DNA from: Eledone cirrhosa
Taxonomy: Eukaryota
DNA length: 64,000 bases
Assembly (NCBI GenBank): GCA_964016885.1
Contig: OZ024740.1
Span: 327,360,001-327,424,000, forward strand
Direction of reading: 5' to 3'
Below the pieces are notes generated by a model. That model was not told the origin of the DNA and did not search any database. It saw only the letters and a program-made list of their open reading frames with translations. A program made the translations under genes and the position numbers. Positions 34,436 to 48,198 of this stretch are shown here, piece by piece. The stretch's first letter is position 1. Each line of letters starts with the position of its first letter.

Positions 34436-35464
34436 TTACTACTACAGCTACTACTATTATTATTATCCAACGCAATTCTACCTTTACGTGGTCGGTTAAA
34501 AATAGTAGCCAAATTCCCCTGAAATCATGCCGGCTTTGATCAAGTAGCTCTATGATCAAAGGCATGCCAGCCGCCACCATTCCCAATAAATACCATGTAT
34601 AATTTACTTTCGACATTGCATAATGCATAATTTTCTTTTCTCTATTTCATTTTCTTTTTCTATTTTGAAAGACGGTAGAATTTTATTCCTACGCATTGTA
34701 CCGCTCTTTCTATTCCTTACTCCCTCGCTAGCTCGTTTGATAACTGTTATATAGATACATATTAATTTCATTACTACCATTATTACTTCCAGTGTCGCCA
34801 CCTCCACCACTACCATTGTCAACACTACTACTACTACTATTACTACTACTACTACTACTACTACTACTATGGTAACAGCAATATATGTGCGCGTGTTTTT
34901 TTTGTTTCTGTGTGTGAGTGTATGTGTGCGTGTTTGTGAATGTTTGTGTGTGTGTGTGTGTGAGTGTGTGTGTGTGTACGTGTGTGTGTGGGGGGGGCAT
35001 GTGTGTGTGTGAGTGTGTGTGTGTGTTTTTATCTATTGAAACTTGCAGACGATCTCTCTAGGTCATTTGATATAAGAGAATTCTTGTCAAGAAATAGAGA
35101 AGAAATAATGTCGTACAGACACACACACACACACAAACATACACACACACGCGCGCACAAACATACGCTCACACACACACAAACATACGCTCACACACAC
35201 ACAAACATACGCTCACACACAGAGACATACAGAAACACCAATTCTCATCTTCCTACGCCTTGTTCCGCTACTTCTATTCGTACAATAGATTCCTTCCTAC
35301 TGCCACTGCTACTACACCTGCTTCTTATCTTAATTATACTGCCACTTCATCTTCTCACGCCCACCTCATCCTGCAACTACAACTGCTACTGCCTCTCACA
35401 CTGTTACCATTAAAAGAGAGACTAGGAAAAATACCCAGGGTCACCTGCTGCATGAAAACTTATT

Positions 35465-35760
35465 TGTAAAGAGGTTCTAGTATTAGGCTCACAGTCGTGA
35501 GGTTGTGAATTCGATTCCCAAACCGGGCGGTGTGTGGTGTACTTGGCCCCTTATTTCAAGTTGCTTCAGTTCACCCAGTTGGAGAAAATGAGATGCGACG
35601 TCACTGATGTCCAGCTGTATTGGCCTTTGGACAATATCAGTGTTGTGGAAAGGAGAGACTGGTATGCATAGACGGGCTTGTTCCTCAGAACGTTCCTTTC
35701 TGAGTGCAAACCTATGGTCATTCATGACCGAATGTGGACTATGACTGGTGCCCATTTTAC
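35465..35760 (+). mobile_element. Second tRNA-derived SINE family, diverged
   Basis: B-box-like gtgaattcgattccc followed by a central domain ttgcttcagttcacccag..aaaatgag. Confidence 0.5.
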
Positions 35761-36088
35761 TATTAATATTAATACAGCGCATCAGAATATCAAATTTTCC
35801 TCAAACCAGAACGCTAGTTCAAATGCTTATAATCGGTTGGATTCTACATTAAAGTAGCTAAAAACCATATGGTAGTGTAAAGCAGGATAGCAGATTACTT
35901 CCTGAGTGGGCAGGATAGTGTTTCTAGATTAGAGATACAAACGTTCCTTGGGTGTTCTAAATGTGTGTAGGTTTTTAAAAGAGATTTGACTATAGTACTT
36001 TATATATTACTGCAACAACGAATGGCCTGTCTCTTTTTTTTAGATGGTGTTAAATTTCTGTTGCAGAGATACTCAATGTAATAGATAT

Positions 36089-36272
36089 AATTGTTTCTAC
36101 TATTGGCACAAGGCCAGCAATTACCCAGTGCATTACTGGTACTTTATTTTATCGACTCCGTAAGGATGAAAGGCAAAGTCAACCTCGGCGGGATTTGAAC
36201 TCAGATCGTAAAGGGACGTAACTATGCTGGAAAGCATGGCGTCTGACCCTCTACCGATACTGCCAATCCACC
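36089..36272 (-). mobile_element. tRNA-derived SINE (main family)
   Basis: Full-length reverse-complement copy. Confidence 0.92.
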
Positions 36273-36422
36273 ATTATAATGATTACTAAATATAATATTG
36301 TATTCGTTCAATTTTGCCTTTCATCATTTCAAGGTCGATAAAAGAAGTACCAGTCCAGTACTGGGGTTGGTTCTTCCTCTATGTCTCTTTTTCACTCCCT
36401 CTCTCACACACACACACACATA

Positions 36423-36458
<36 letters not shown>

Positions 36459-36639
36459 CACCCTCTCTCTCTATTTCTTCTGGTAGAAATTGGCTGTGCC
36501 CAGACATGGAGAGGGAAGGGTTCCGTCAGGTTTAAACTGTCATGACAGTGCCCCTATGACTCTATCAGGAGTTAAGGGTCCATACATTCAAGTATGTATA
36601 TATGAATTCAACATGGCGAATGGAAAGTGATACTTATAA

Positions 36640-36800
36640 AGGACGGTGATTTGACAGAATCGTCAGAGCAGTAATTAGTTACAACACTTTACGTTCTTTG
36701 TTCAAATCCCTTCGAAGTTATATTTCATCCTTCCGGCGATATAAAATATGCATCAGTCGAGTATTGGGGTCGATATAATTTCTTCCATCTTCCCACCGAA
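36640..36800 (+). mobile_element. Old diverged tRNA-SINE
   Basis: aggacggtgatttgacagaatcgtcagagc..gttcaaatcc..tttcatccttccggcgat. Confidence 0.7.
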
Positions 36801-37899
36801 TAACGTTGTTCAATCATTTAGGGGATTCTTCTGATCAGGTAAAGGTCAAGTAATTGAATCTGTTTGGCCCTATTGATGAGTAGATAAAATAAGTAGTAAA
36901 TAGAAATATATGAAATATAGTATCTCTAAATGACTATCATACATGAAAGATGAACTGCTACTATGAATAAATACCAGTTGATGGATATATGTCAATATGA
37001 TAATTTCAAATCATCTGCAAACGAACACGTTCACACATTATAATAAATGTATCCAAATATATCGAAGAATGTTAATATATTCACCGCCCCCACAAACACA
37101 CACGCACGCACACAAACACACATACACAGTCAAACACTCAAAACAAACTTCGAGCTGAATAAAGACAGATGGCTCTTTCTCATTTGTTTCATATTTTTTT
37201 CAATCTGGCTATTTATATGTAGCTTTGAATTCAACGAAATCGGAATTGAAGCAAACTAGCGATATTAAGTATATGATATTTTAGACTTGCAGCATCATTG
37301 ATTAGAATTTTAACCTTATATCTTACACAAACTTAATCCAAGTAAATGTCGAATTTGTTCTCGTGATCAATAAAATTATGTTGATAGTAAAATGACTTAA
37401 TGTATAGAATATTGGATTGCCATCTCTTAGTTTTGAATTTAGAATACCAAACCACAATGTTGTTACGTTTCTGGTGTTTCTTTCTTTGTTAACCCTTTTA
37501 AAAGGTATTAAAACAAACAAAATATATTATATGTGTATATATTGACTATTTTAGTGTCTTATAGACCTCTTGATAGTTTATAACTTATTTGACTATCTAT
37601 CCACAATAAAGAAGTCCTTTGTGCTTCAAATATTTGACTATAAATTCATGATCTCGTAACTATAACACCAACATTTTATCAGAACATCACGATTGCTACC
37701 ACTTTGTAGAAAAATGTTCTTGATCATATTATTTTTATGAGTTGAGAAATGTATTCTCAAAATACTTTTTTATTTAATATCGTCTGTTAAACATCATCTG
37801 CCTATGACGTGAGTTTCATATTGTCAAAAGACTGAACATATTTTCTATTCAGTCATAGAATTAAGGAAATATTCATAAATAACCCTTACTTTCCGTTCT

Positions 37900-38795
37900 C
37901 TCCTCACCGGTATGGTTTCCGTAGAGCCATGTCTAGCAGAATTTGCTATCTTACGCCATGCATCAGTGGGCTTTCACTTTCATAATAAATCAATATTGTT
38001 ACTCTTGACTTTAACAAAGTTTTCGACCATGTCAGGCATGAGAATTTCATAGTTAAGTTGCTAGTTGATGGGTTCTATCCGTATCTCGTCTATTAGATCT
38101 CTTTAACGTACTGATCTCTTTAACCCACGTTCTATCAATTTCGCTGTCTCCAGGTTCGGTTATATCTCTCATATTTTTCTGTTTTACATCAGCCCTACTT
38201 TTTCTGTTCAAACGAACCAGAAAACTCTTCACTGCTAATGATATCACCCTTCACTTCTTGATAATTGCCATCGCACGGGTATTATCCACTTTCTTGACAT
38301 AGCACCATACATGCACTTTTATGAGCACTCGTGAAGGATAACCTAGTCTTCTTCAACAACAGAAAATTGATAGAACTGCCTTATCAGGCTAAACGACTTC
38401 TTCAAGGTTAGAAAATACTTCAAATTTAATCATTTTTAACCGTGTCCCCCATCCAATTATAAAGGACAAGCAAGCAAGGCCTACATAGAGTACTTCCATA
38501 TTTGGGACTGCTATTCTCAAAAACATCGTATTCTACAACCAAATACGCTGATTGGCGTACACTTATACACCAAAATACCATAAACTGTTTCACGCCTCTT
38601 GTCTCTTTTACCATCACTACAATGCCCACAACTGTTAAGAATGTCCAAACCTTGATACATCCAGGACTCACATGCATCACCTAATTCTCTTTAACTTATT
38701 AAACCTACTGCCTTTCAATCCTTATAAATTTCACACTAAATGTTTTGCTCAATGTATTATCATCAAAACTAACTTTCTGGAATTCCCTTCTCTTT
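37900..38795 (+). pseudogene. Heavily decayed CR1/jockey-group LINE reverse transcriptase remnant
   Basis: Scattered in-order motifs: HRYGFRRAMS, TLDFNKVFDHVRHE (ALDxSKAFDxVxH-like), ANDITLH (ADDxTL-like), WNSLP-like end. Many frameshifts. Confidence 0.6.
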
Positions 38796-39437
38796 TCACA
38801 TAGGTGTAGTTATCAGCCATGATTGAGCAAACCGATCATCAAAGACTTCCCAACAGGCTTGATTTAAAAAGATATTCTTCATTGGGTCATTTTTAAAAAT
38901 AATGATACGATGTTTTGAAGGAGATTATGCTTATATTCCTAGCAGCTCAATCGAACGAAGCGACTCCCTGGAGGATTCCTATAGTTTTCCCCAAGTCAGC
39001 CCTGATTGAGCAAGCCTATCACTGAACGTATTCCAGCCATGAACATTCAACACTACATGTATGTCTAATATTATACTAAATGTCTTGCTTATTACGACGG
39101 TAATATATGATTTACGGGAGATAATGCAGAAAACACAATGACAGAGGAAAAATGCTTCGGGTGAAAAAGTCTCAGGAAAGCTTCAATAAATGACTGATTT
39201 TAATTTTAACTTTTGTTTCATTACATTCTTTAAGATACTGAATAAAGCGTGATATTTTCTTTCACGGATACGTATGATTATTATATAAATTGCGTTATAC
39301 ATGTATTGTTAATGAATAAGCGGCTTAAAAAATTCGTTGTTTTAATCAATATATCTATTATTTATGGAATAAAGTTTAATAACATTATGGTATCTTTTTT
39401 ATTGGCATTTCTTCACAGAAAGTTAATAATGGCCTAG

Positions 39438-39481
<44 letters not shown>

Positions 39482-40179
39482 TGAAGAAAGAATAAACGAG
39501 GAAGATATATAAATAGATGGCCAGGCAATTTAAATGAAATGTGATATTTTTCCTATAACAAATCCCTGAGCCAAAATTGTGGCATTATTTCCGTTCACTC
39601 CTATTTGTTTACCTACTCACGTTTTCCCTACAAATTCAAGGTTAATGCAGGCTGAACAACAGCATATATTGCGCTTGTCTACTTGGAAGGGCCCGAAAAG
39701 GTCATGAGTGCCGCTCCTATTCTTCAGACTAAATAATTCATAAACAGATTTATAAATAACACATCTTAATAATAGAATAAACATGAAACACGAAGAAATA
39801 TTCACTCATTATGATAAATAATATTTATGAAAAAATAATATAAATATGTAAGAAACAACATTGAATGTTACAGCAATACATTAGTAAAAAGGAATAGAAA
39901 ATGCTATAATGTCAGCTAAATATTTGTGTCAACGCCTACATTTTCCGAAAATAACACCTGGTTAATATGTTCGATAACAGCTGACGGATAGCAGCTGCAC
40001 TAGTCTCAGGTTCTTGAGCCATGAGCAAAAGCAAGAAATTTTAATGCAAATAGCTGTCTTATCTATCGTTTGGCTGGTTGTCTGGTGAATTATAATACAG
40101 ACAAAACACGCACATTCTTTCAAATGTAGACACTTATGTTGAGGACATTTGACAAATTTGTTACTAATGTATAACTATG

Positions 40180-40182
<3 letters not shown>

Positions 40183-40215
<33 letters not shown>

Positions 40216-40303
40216 TCTGTCCTTCTCTGGTTCTCTCTCTTTCCCCCTCTCTGTCTCTCTCTCGCTCGCTCTCTCTCCTCTGTTTCTTTGTCTTCACCCT
40301 CTT

Positions 40304-40369
<66 letters not shown>

Positions 40370-40450
40370 CTCTTCTGTTCCTCTCTCTCTCCCTCTCTCC
40401 TTTGTTTCTATTCTCTTTGTTTCTCTTTCTTCCCCTCTCTATCTTTCTCT
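40183..40450. repeat. (CT)n-rich microsatellite
   Basis: Directly visible. Confidence 0.95.
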
Positions 40451-40650
40451 AGGTCATAATTAGCATCAGTTAAAAAACGTCAATAAAATAAAACATCTGT
40501 AATATCAAACTTTGTTCCAAAAGTTTTACAAAGGAAATTTTTAAATTAAATATTAGAAACTAACATTAGTGCTCGAGGTTCCTCTGAAAACAGATTACTC
40601 AGTTGGTGGGCAGTTTCTTGGAAAATAGTATTTGCAACTCTGTATAAATA

Positions 40651-40750
40651 TAGGGTGTCCCCCCCAAAATGTATGCACACTTTGATTACCCGTACAGGCA
40701 ATATTTATTAGAATGCTGTTGAAGTGTGTATACATTTTTGGGACACTCTA
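40651..40750. mobile_element. ~100-bp Tc1/mariner-type MITE
   Basis: TIRs tagggtgtccc..caaaatgtatgcacact and agtgtgtatacatttttgggacactcta, flanked by TA. Confidence 0.75.
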
Positions 40751-41080
40751 TATATAGGTATATCCAATGTATATCCAATGTATGTGTGTGCATGTGCATG
40801 TGTGTGCATACATGTATGTGTTATGTGTATATGCATGTGTGTATCGTAGTCAATGTTCTTGCTTTCGTCCAGTAACGTAGTAGTTCGATAAAAGAGATCG
40901 ATAAAATATGTAATATATTGAAATAACTACTGGACTCAATATAATCTACCTAAACTCTTTAAGACGTTGCTGCAGTATGACCGCAGTCTAGTTGAATGAT
41001 TGAAACCAATTCAGTGAAAGATCTGATTCATTTTATTGTTGTTCATTTGTTTTGTTGATTGTGTATTATATACTTTCACA

Positions 41081-41270
41081 GGGCGGTGGATTGGCAGTAT
41101 CGGTAGAGGGTCTGACGCCATACCTTGCAGCAAAGAGTTACGGCCCTTTACGATCTGAGTTCAAATCCCGCCGAGGTTAACTTTCCTTTTCATCCTTACG
41201 GGGTCGATAAAATAAAGTACCAGTAATGTACTGGGTAATTGCTGGCCTTGTGCCAAAAGTAGAAACAATT
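41081..41270 (+). mobile_element. tRNA-derived SINE with target-site duplication
   Basis: Full copy. attatatactttca occurs at 41065-41078 and 41268-41281. Confidence 0.93.
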
Positions 41271-41499
41271 ATATACTTTCAGTACAACTGTCCAAACTAA
41301 CTGTCGCTCCTTTATAACTACAGATTCAAACTATAAATAGGAATTCACAATGTTCGCCACAAGTGTGAAAATACACTCTTGACAGGTGCAATGTGTTCGA
41401 ACACGGAAGAGCCGAATTCCCATCATCATCGCCCCCATCTCTCTCGCCCTACCCATCCCACTGTATAATGAGCAAATGGGGTCCCACGTGCTGGCCGCC

Positions 41500-41675
41500 C
41501 CACAGCCCCGGCGGACAGAATGGAGAAGACGTTTCCCCAGAGGATGGTAAGGGAGATGCGCTGGAAGAACCATTCCTGATTGTGTATGGAACAAAAATAC
41601 CACCGTAACCCACCAAACAGCAAGCAGTAAGAGCCTTCGCGTTCGCTCCAAATGTTAGGACTCACTTTCACCAAA
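41500..41675 (-). mobile_element. Third CRE-like LINE 3' fragment
   Basis: Minus strand QEWFFQRISLTILWGNVFSIL, same C-terminal motif as at 23.9 kb and 28.7 kb. Confidence 0.65.
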
Positions 41676-42019
41676 GATTCTTCGTGGTAAACTTACACCC
41701 TGAACATAGTTATTACTGTATCGAAAAAACTGACGTTTCTTTTAATAAACAGAAATTACTTTTAATAAACAGAAATTACTTTTACATCATTTACAAAGCT
41801 CATGTTAGAAAAAGAATAGTGGTGTTTTCACACATACTCAACCTCCTGCACCACACCAAGAAAAAAGTTCACACGTCAGATTGACATAGAGTCACAGACA
41901 GTCAGGCTCCACATATAGGAAAATGTCACTCGTCAGATTAGCATAGAGTCAGTGACAGACACATCCCAAATTTTATCCCTCAGATTTTCTGTCCCCTCTA
42001 TATGCCTTTTCTACTGCTA

Positions 42020-42260
42020 CTACAATATCCTTTGTTCTTCGGATCTTCTCTCAGATATTTCCCCATCAATCGTCTCTCCTCCTCTATTTTTCCTCATGGA
42101 CATATTGTGAGAAATAATGTTGTAACTATGTGTTTTTATAGGTAGGAACTCGATCTCATTATTATGGCCTGATCTAGCTAATGCCTGATTATAGTATTGT
42201 GAGTTTTTGCTAAATATGCTAAATATCAAAATCAACTTCCTGATTTTTTTATACATTGTG
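42020..42260 (-). pseudogene. Penelope-like element RT C-terminal fragment
   Basis: IFSKNSQYYNQALARSGH resembles the PLE thumb-region motif. Lies next to a hammerhead-containing pLTR-like inverted repeat. Confidence 0.5.
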
Positions 42261-43066
42261 ATAGAGTAGACTGTATTTAAAATTGAAAATTAGATATAAA
42301 TATATAACCTTTTATATAAGGGACTCAATTGAGGCACCATATAATGTATGTTAGAACAATGAATTTAGTTATGAGAATCAGCTAGTTAGCTCCCCTTACG
42401 CATTAACTCCCCTTAATTATACACCTACTTCCGGGTAATAAACCACTGTAAATTCTCGCAGCAGAAAGAACCTATTCTATAAATATGGATTAAATAACAC
42501 TGAGCCTCAATTCGCTACAATAATTTAATGCATCAAACATTCAATACGTAATCATCGTAACTTATGTGATGGATGTAAAAACTATTCTTCAATTTTCTGA
42601 ATGTGAAAATAGTGGTGGATGCGAAAACTATAACTTTCTTTTTCTTTTTCTTTTTCTTTTTCTTTTTCTTTTTCTTTTTCTTCACACATACTTTTTTGAT
42701 CTATACAAAAAATACCCTACCACTACAACCACCATAATACTCTTGCTTACCCGCTTAAAGTGCTTGCATTACATGTAACACCTTGCCACACAATAATCGT
42801 ATATAAATGAGACACACTTGCATGCTCCATGTGTGACTAACGCATACACTATCTACTAGATCTGATTATCAAACTATCCTCTTACATTATCTGCGTTATC
42901 TGCCGCATGTATTTTGATTTTAATTTTAATTTTGATTTTAAATTTGAATTGCTGTATAAATATTGTATAGTATAATATATGTCAATCCACTGTACATCAA
43001 TATATATATATATATATGTATCTGTATGTCTCCTGCGTTGGATAGGAGATCAATTATATGTACAAA

Positions 43067-43131
43067 CATTGAAAAATGCTCCGAAGACTCTAAGCCTAGG
43101 TTTGGATGAAACAATTGTAAGTGAATAAATG
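43067..43131 (+). ncRNA. Hammerhead ribozyme motif with CCGAAGA core variant
   Basis: UGCU-CCGAAGA-C-UCUAAGCC-UA-GGUUUGGA-U-GAAA-C-AAUU-G-UA/AGUG. Loop III is the palindrome AAUU. Followed by AATAAA. Confidence 0.65.
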
Positions 43132-43382
43132 CTTTTTAGACGTCTGGAACTAGCTGTTGAACCAGAAAGAGCTCAGCCCTCGGGTCCCGATTCTTTATAA
43201 TATATATATATATGTATTATAATTATTATATTTCCATTAGTGATATTATCTCCAAATCGCAACTCTCAGCGGCAGAAGTAAAACCGTATTTCTAAAGAAC
43301 TCAGCGCGCTATGCGTTCGAGGAGTCGATCTTTCACCACTTATGATCGTTATTACAACACTCAAATAATACACACACACACA

Positions 43383-43475
<93 letters not shown>

Positions 43476-43662
43476 GGATACTATTTATAGTTATGCATAT
43501 TTTAAACTGTTTATAGTTAAGTATATTTTAAACTATAAACAGGGAAGGTCAGTAATTTATTACTACCTTATTACCAGTAAGATAAATAGCTCAATGTAAT
43601 AACATCAGTTGTTCTACAGAGCAGTTATATAGAATTCTCAAGAATCAAAGCTATGTTCAAAG

Positions 43663-43727
43663 CATTTATTCACTTACAATTGTTTCATCCAAACCTAGGC
43701 TTAGAGTCTTCGGAGTATTTTTCAATG
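43663..43727 (-). ncRNA. Hammerhead ribozyme motif, inverted copy
   Basis: Reverse complement of 43067-43131, with stem I UACU:AGUG. Confidence 0.65.
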
Positions 43728-44593
43728 TTTGTACATATAATTGACCTCGTATCCAACGCAGGAGACATACAGATACATATATATATATATTGATGTACAG
43801 TGGAGTGACATATATTATACTATACTATATTTGTACAGCAATTCAAATTTAAAATCAAAATCAAAATTAAAATACAATTAAAATACACGCGGCAGATAAC
43901 GCAGATAATGTAAGAGGATAGTTTGATAATCAGATCTAGTAGATAGTGTATGCGTTAGTCACACATGGAGCATGCAAGTGTGTCTCATTTATATACGATT
44001 ATTGTGTGGCAAAGTGTTACATGTAATGCAAGCACTTTAAGCGGGTAAGCAAGAGTATTATGGTGGTTGTAGTGGTAGGGTATTTTTTGTATAGATCAAA
44101 AAAGTATGTGTGCAGAAAAAGAAAAAGAAAAAGAAAAAGAAAAAGAAAGTTATAGTTTTCGCATCCACCACCATTTTCACATTCAGAAAATTGAAGAATA
44201 GTTTTTACATCCATCACATAAGTTACGATGATTCCGTATTGAATGTTTGATGCATTAAATTATTGTAGCGAATTGAGGCTCAGTGTTATTTAATCCATAT
44301 TTATAGAATAGGTTCTTTCTGCTGTGAGAATTTACAGTGGTTTATTACCCGGAAGTAGGAGTGTAATTAAGGGGAGTTAATGCGTAAGGGGAGCTAACTA
44401 GACGATTCTCTTAACTAAATTCATTGTTCTAACATACATTATATGGTGCCTCAATTGAGTCTGGAACTAGCTGTTGAAACAGCAATAGCTCAGCCGTCGG
44501 TTTCTGACTCCTTATAATATAGCCATACTCTACTACCCCAAGTATTGAGTAATGCTCTAAGCCGTTTCAAAACTGATTATATCCTGATATATA

Positions 44594-44695
<102 letters not shown>

Positions 44696-45483
44696 TATGT
44701 GTGACGGGATTTTTCACAGTTTCAGGCTCCAAAATTCCACTTGGTATTGATTAACCTGGAGGTATTGTAGAAGACACTGCACATATTACTGCGCAGTTGG
44801 ATCGAATCCAGAAGAACATAGTTGGGAGATGAACTACTTAACGACACTGCGCCTATGTGTGTATAACTGTTGAGGAAAATTGTAAATACATTGAAGGAAT
44901 TATCAGTTCTAAATGGAGGTGACTTAAGATATTGTGTAACATTCTAAAATGAAGATGGGCTGAAATGATGAGTCATATCTGTGTGCTGTGACTATTTGGA
45001 TACATGACAGTAGATGGCTCTACTTATGTTTTGCGTGCAATAAATGTGGATTACTCTCTGAAATTTATATATATTCTGTGATTCGGCCAGAAGAAATGAA
45101 CAGGCATGTCTGTTCTGGAGGACCTTTCAACGCGGAGGTTATGAGTACTTCTAGAAATCTCTGGCTATGCGGTGCTTCAGGCAGGAATTGCAGATTTGTG
45201 AGCAATTCTACAAATACAGTATTGCCGTCATCTGGAGTTGTCCAATATGCGTTCGTAACAACGAAACCATTTTGTATGCGCTCATTTAGTGTCTAAGACT
45301 CGCTCAGTGACTTGTGGAGTTCTATCCCATAGTTGTTGTCACGTGTAAGATGGGTTCGACTATCAACTAAGTTCATCATGAAAATCACACTACTGATTTG
45401 CTTTGTAAAGTCAATAAGGGCAGGGAAATTTCCTATGTGGTGCCCATGACGAAATAAGTTGTATAGTGGACACGATTTAAAAT

Positions 45484-45670
45484 AATTGTTACTACTTTTG
45501 GCACAAGGACAGAAATTATTCCAGTACATTACTGGTATTTTATTTTATCGACCCCGTAAGGATGAAAGGCAAAGTTAACCTCGGCGGGATTTGAACTCAG
45601 ATCATAAAGGGACGTAACTATGCTGGAAAGCATGTCCGACCCTCTACCAATACTGCCAATTAACCGCCCT
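45484..45670 (-). mobile_element. tRNA-derived SINE with TSD
   Basis: acgatttaaaataat occurs at 45472-45486 and 45673-45687. Confidence 0.92.
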
Positions 45671-45834
45671 AAACGATTTAAAATAATGGCAGACATGTCC
45701 CGTTTTATTGCCTTAGCAAGCCGATTGACCTGCTAGAAATAATACCGTACACCTTCACTATTATAAAATTCAGAATGGCAGAATTCTTAAGGTAATAGAA
45801 ATGTTGTTAATATAAATTATGATGATGATGATAT

Positions 45835-46015
45835 CTAATATAGGCACAATGCCAGAAATTTTAGGGGATAGGAAAGTAAATTAAATTAACCCAGGTACTT
45901 GATTTCCACTTTATATTATAGAACCCGAAATTATGAAGGGCAACGTCAACCTCGGCGAGATTTGAACATAAAGAGCCATAACTAAATACAGTGTTGTATT
46001 CCGTCCGATGTTCTA
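45835..46015 (-). mobile_element. Old diverged tRNA-SINE
   Basis: aggcacaatgccag..atgaagggcaacgtcaacctcggcgagatttgaac. Confidence 0.75.
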
Positions 46016-46299
46016 GTGAAATATATTTTATTGTAATATTTTCATATTACTATTGTTATTTGGCCTTGTGTCAGCACTGTTTCATTCCAGCTACGATCAA
46101 AGTAATTCTTGCTGTGACTATCCTGTCTCCTCACACATTGCATTTCTGAATTACATTAAGTCATTTCTGTTGAAAGATGATAAAATGTGTTTGATGGATG
46201 CTCTTTCTAGCCGGTTATGTGGCTATGTTGTGGCTCTCTCAATGGCTTGTCATTCTTGTTGTTGTTGATATTGGAGTAATTAGCTTTCAAAATAAATGT

Positions 46300-46632
46300 A
46301 TTCGTCTTATTATTGTTGTTTCTACTTCTGCTTCTACTGTAGTTCTTTTTGTTGTTAGTGTTGTTGCTTTCCGTGGTGATGGTTGTGGAGATGGCGTTGT
46401 TATCGGTCCTGCAGCTTGTGTTGTTATTGTTTGTGTTGTTGGTGTTGCTATTGTTGTTGTTGTCCATCATCATCATCATCATCTTCTTCTTCCACCACAC
46501 CCACCACAACCACACCCACCACCACCACCACCATCACTACTACTACTACTACTACTAGGTTTTGTTACTGCTAGTTGCAGTTGCTGCTACTGCTACTGCT
46601 GCTGCTACTGCTAGTACTATTGCTGCTGTTGA
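46300..46632. repeat. Compound trinucleotide repeats (GTT, CAT, CAC, CTA, CTG)
   Basis: Directly visible. Confidence 0.9.
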
Positions 46633-46793
46633 TGGCGTACTTTTTCTTTTCTAGAACAAATTTGAATAAATCAATATTGCCAAGCCTTCAATGTCCAAGA
46701 AATAAGGTTAAGTTATTTCTGGTCGGATATAAACGAAATTGGAACACAAAAGACAATAACAGAAAACAAAAAGATCCCCCACCCAACAAACAC

Positions 46794-46828
<35 letters not shown>

Positions 46829-46831
46829 CGC

Positions 46832-46863
<32 letters not shown>

Positions 46864-47060
46864 GACAATATGTAATTAAGAAAATGAAGTTAGCTTCGAA
46901 AGGAATCACCCATCATGATACATCCGCTGTCGTAAAACCACAGATGTAAAAATATTCACGAAACGATATTTCCATTGTTTTACTATGCGTGGTTTATAAT
47001 CGATACGTTTGTTATGTTCATAATTTTTTTGAGTTTTCTATTATTACTATTATTATTGTT

Positions 47061-47885
47061 AGGGCGGTGGATTGGCTATATTGATAGAGCGTCGAACAAC
47101 ATGCTTCACGGCATGAAGTTACGGCCCTTTACGCTCTGATTTCAAATCCCGCCGAGTTTAGCTTTACCTTCCATCCTTACGTGAACGATAAATAAAGCAC
47201 TGGGGTCGATTTAATCGATTTACCCTTCCCCCAAAATTGCTGGCCCTGTGCCTGGCGGTGGATTGGCAGTATCTGTAGAGAGTCGGACGCCATGCTATAG
47301 AGTTACGGTCCTTTACAGTTTGAGTTCAAATCCCGTCGGGGTTATCCTTGCCTTACATCATTACGGGGTCGATAAAATAAAGTACCAGTAATACACTGTG
47401 ATAATTGCTGGCCTTGTGCCAAACGTAGAAACAATTACTAGGGCGGTGGATTGGCAGTATCGACAGAGCCTCGGACAACATGGTTTGTGGCATGGAGTTA
47501 CGGCCTTTTGCGTTCTGAGTACAAATCCCGCCGAGTTTAGCTTTTGACTTTCATCCTTTCGTGGTTGATAAAATAAAGCGCCAGTAACGCATTGGGATCG
47601 ATTTATTCGACTTTCCTCTACCCCCAAATTGTTGGCATGTGCTTAAATCAGAAAACATTATTACTGGCCTTGTGCAAAATGTAGAAACAATTATTACTAG
47701 TGGATTGGCAGTATCGGTAGAGGGTCGGACGCCATGCTTTGGCGCATAGAGTTACGGCCCTTACCATTCTGAGTTCAAATCCCGCCGAGGTTAACTTTGC
47801 CTTTCATCCTTACGGGGTCGATAAAATAAAGTACCAGTAAAGCACTGGGTTATTGCTGGCCTTGTACCAATAGTAGAAACAACTA
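47061..47885 (+). mobile_element. Head-to-tail cluster of four tRNA-SINE copies, alternating long and short subfamilies
   Basis: SINE heads (gcgg)tggattggc at about 47061, 47253, 47440 and 47699. Confidence 0.92.
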
Positions 47886-48008
47886 TTACTATTATTGTTG
47901 CTGTTGTTGTTGTTATCACTGTTGATTTTTTTTTTCTTCTGTCTTAACATTCTTTCTACTATCGCAACGTTCTTTTAAACAGTCCCAATGTTATTTCTTA
48001 TTTCCAAA

Positions 48009-48198
48009 GGGCGGTGGATTGGCAGTATCAGTAGAGGATCGGACGCCACATGCTTTCCAGCATAGTTACGTCCCTTTACGATCTGAGTTCAAATCCCGCC
48101 GAGGTTAACTTTGCCTTTCATCCTTACGGAGTCGATAAAATAAAGTACCAGTAATGCACTGAGTTATTGCTGGCCTTGTGCCTAAAGTAGAGACAGTT
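48009..48198 (+). mobile_element. tRNA-derived SINE with 19-bp TSD
   Basis: gttatttcttatttccaaa occurs at 47990-48008 and 48196-48214. Confidence 0.94.

Larger units (their letters stand above)
42323..44460. repeat. ~810-bp inverted repeat (42323-43135 / 43659-44460), PLE pLTR-like, with one hammerhead in each arm
   Basis: Arms are reverse complements with scattered substitutions (mirrored ORFs MMDVKTILQFSECEN..). The spacer includes (TA)n. Confidence 0.9.

Noticed and set aside
46198-46949. Hydrophobic, His/Pro-rich ORFs resembling membrane proteins
   Set aside because: They derive from compound trinucleotide repeats.
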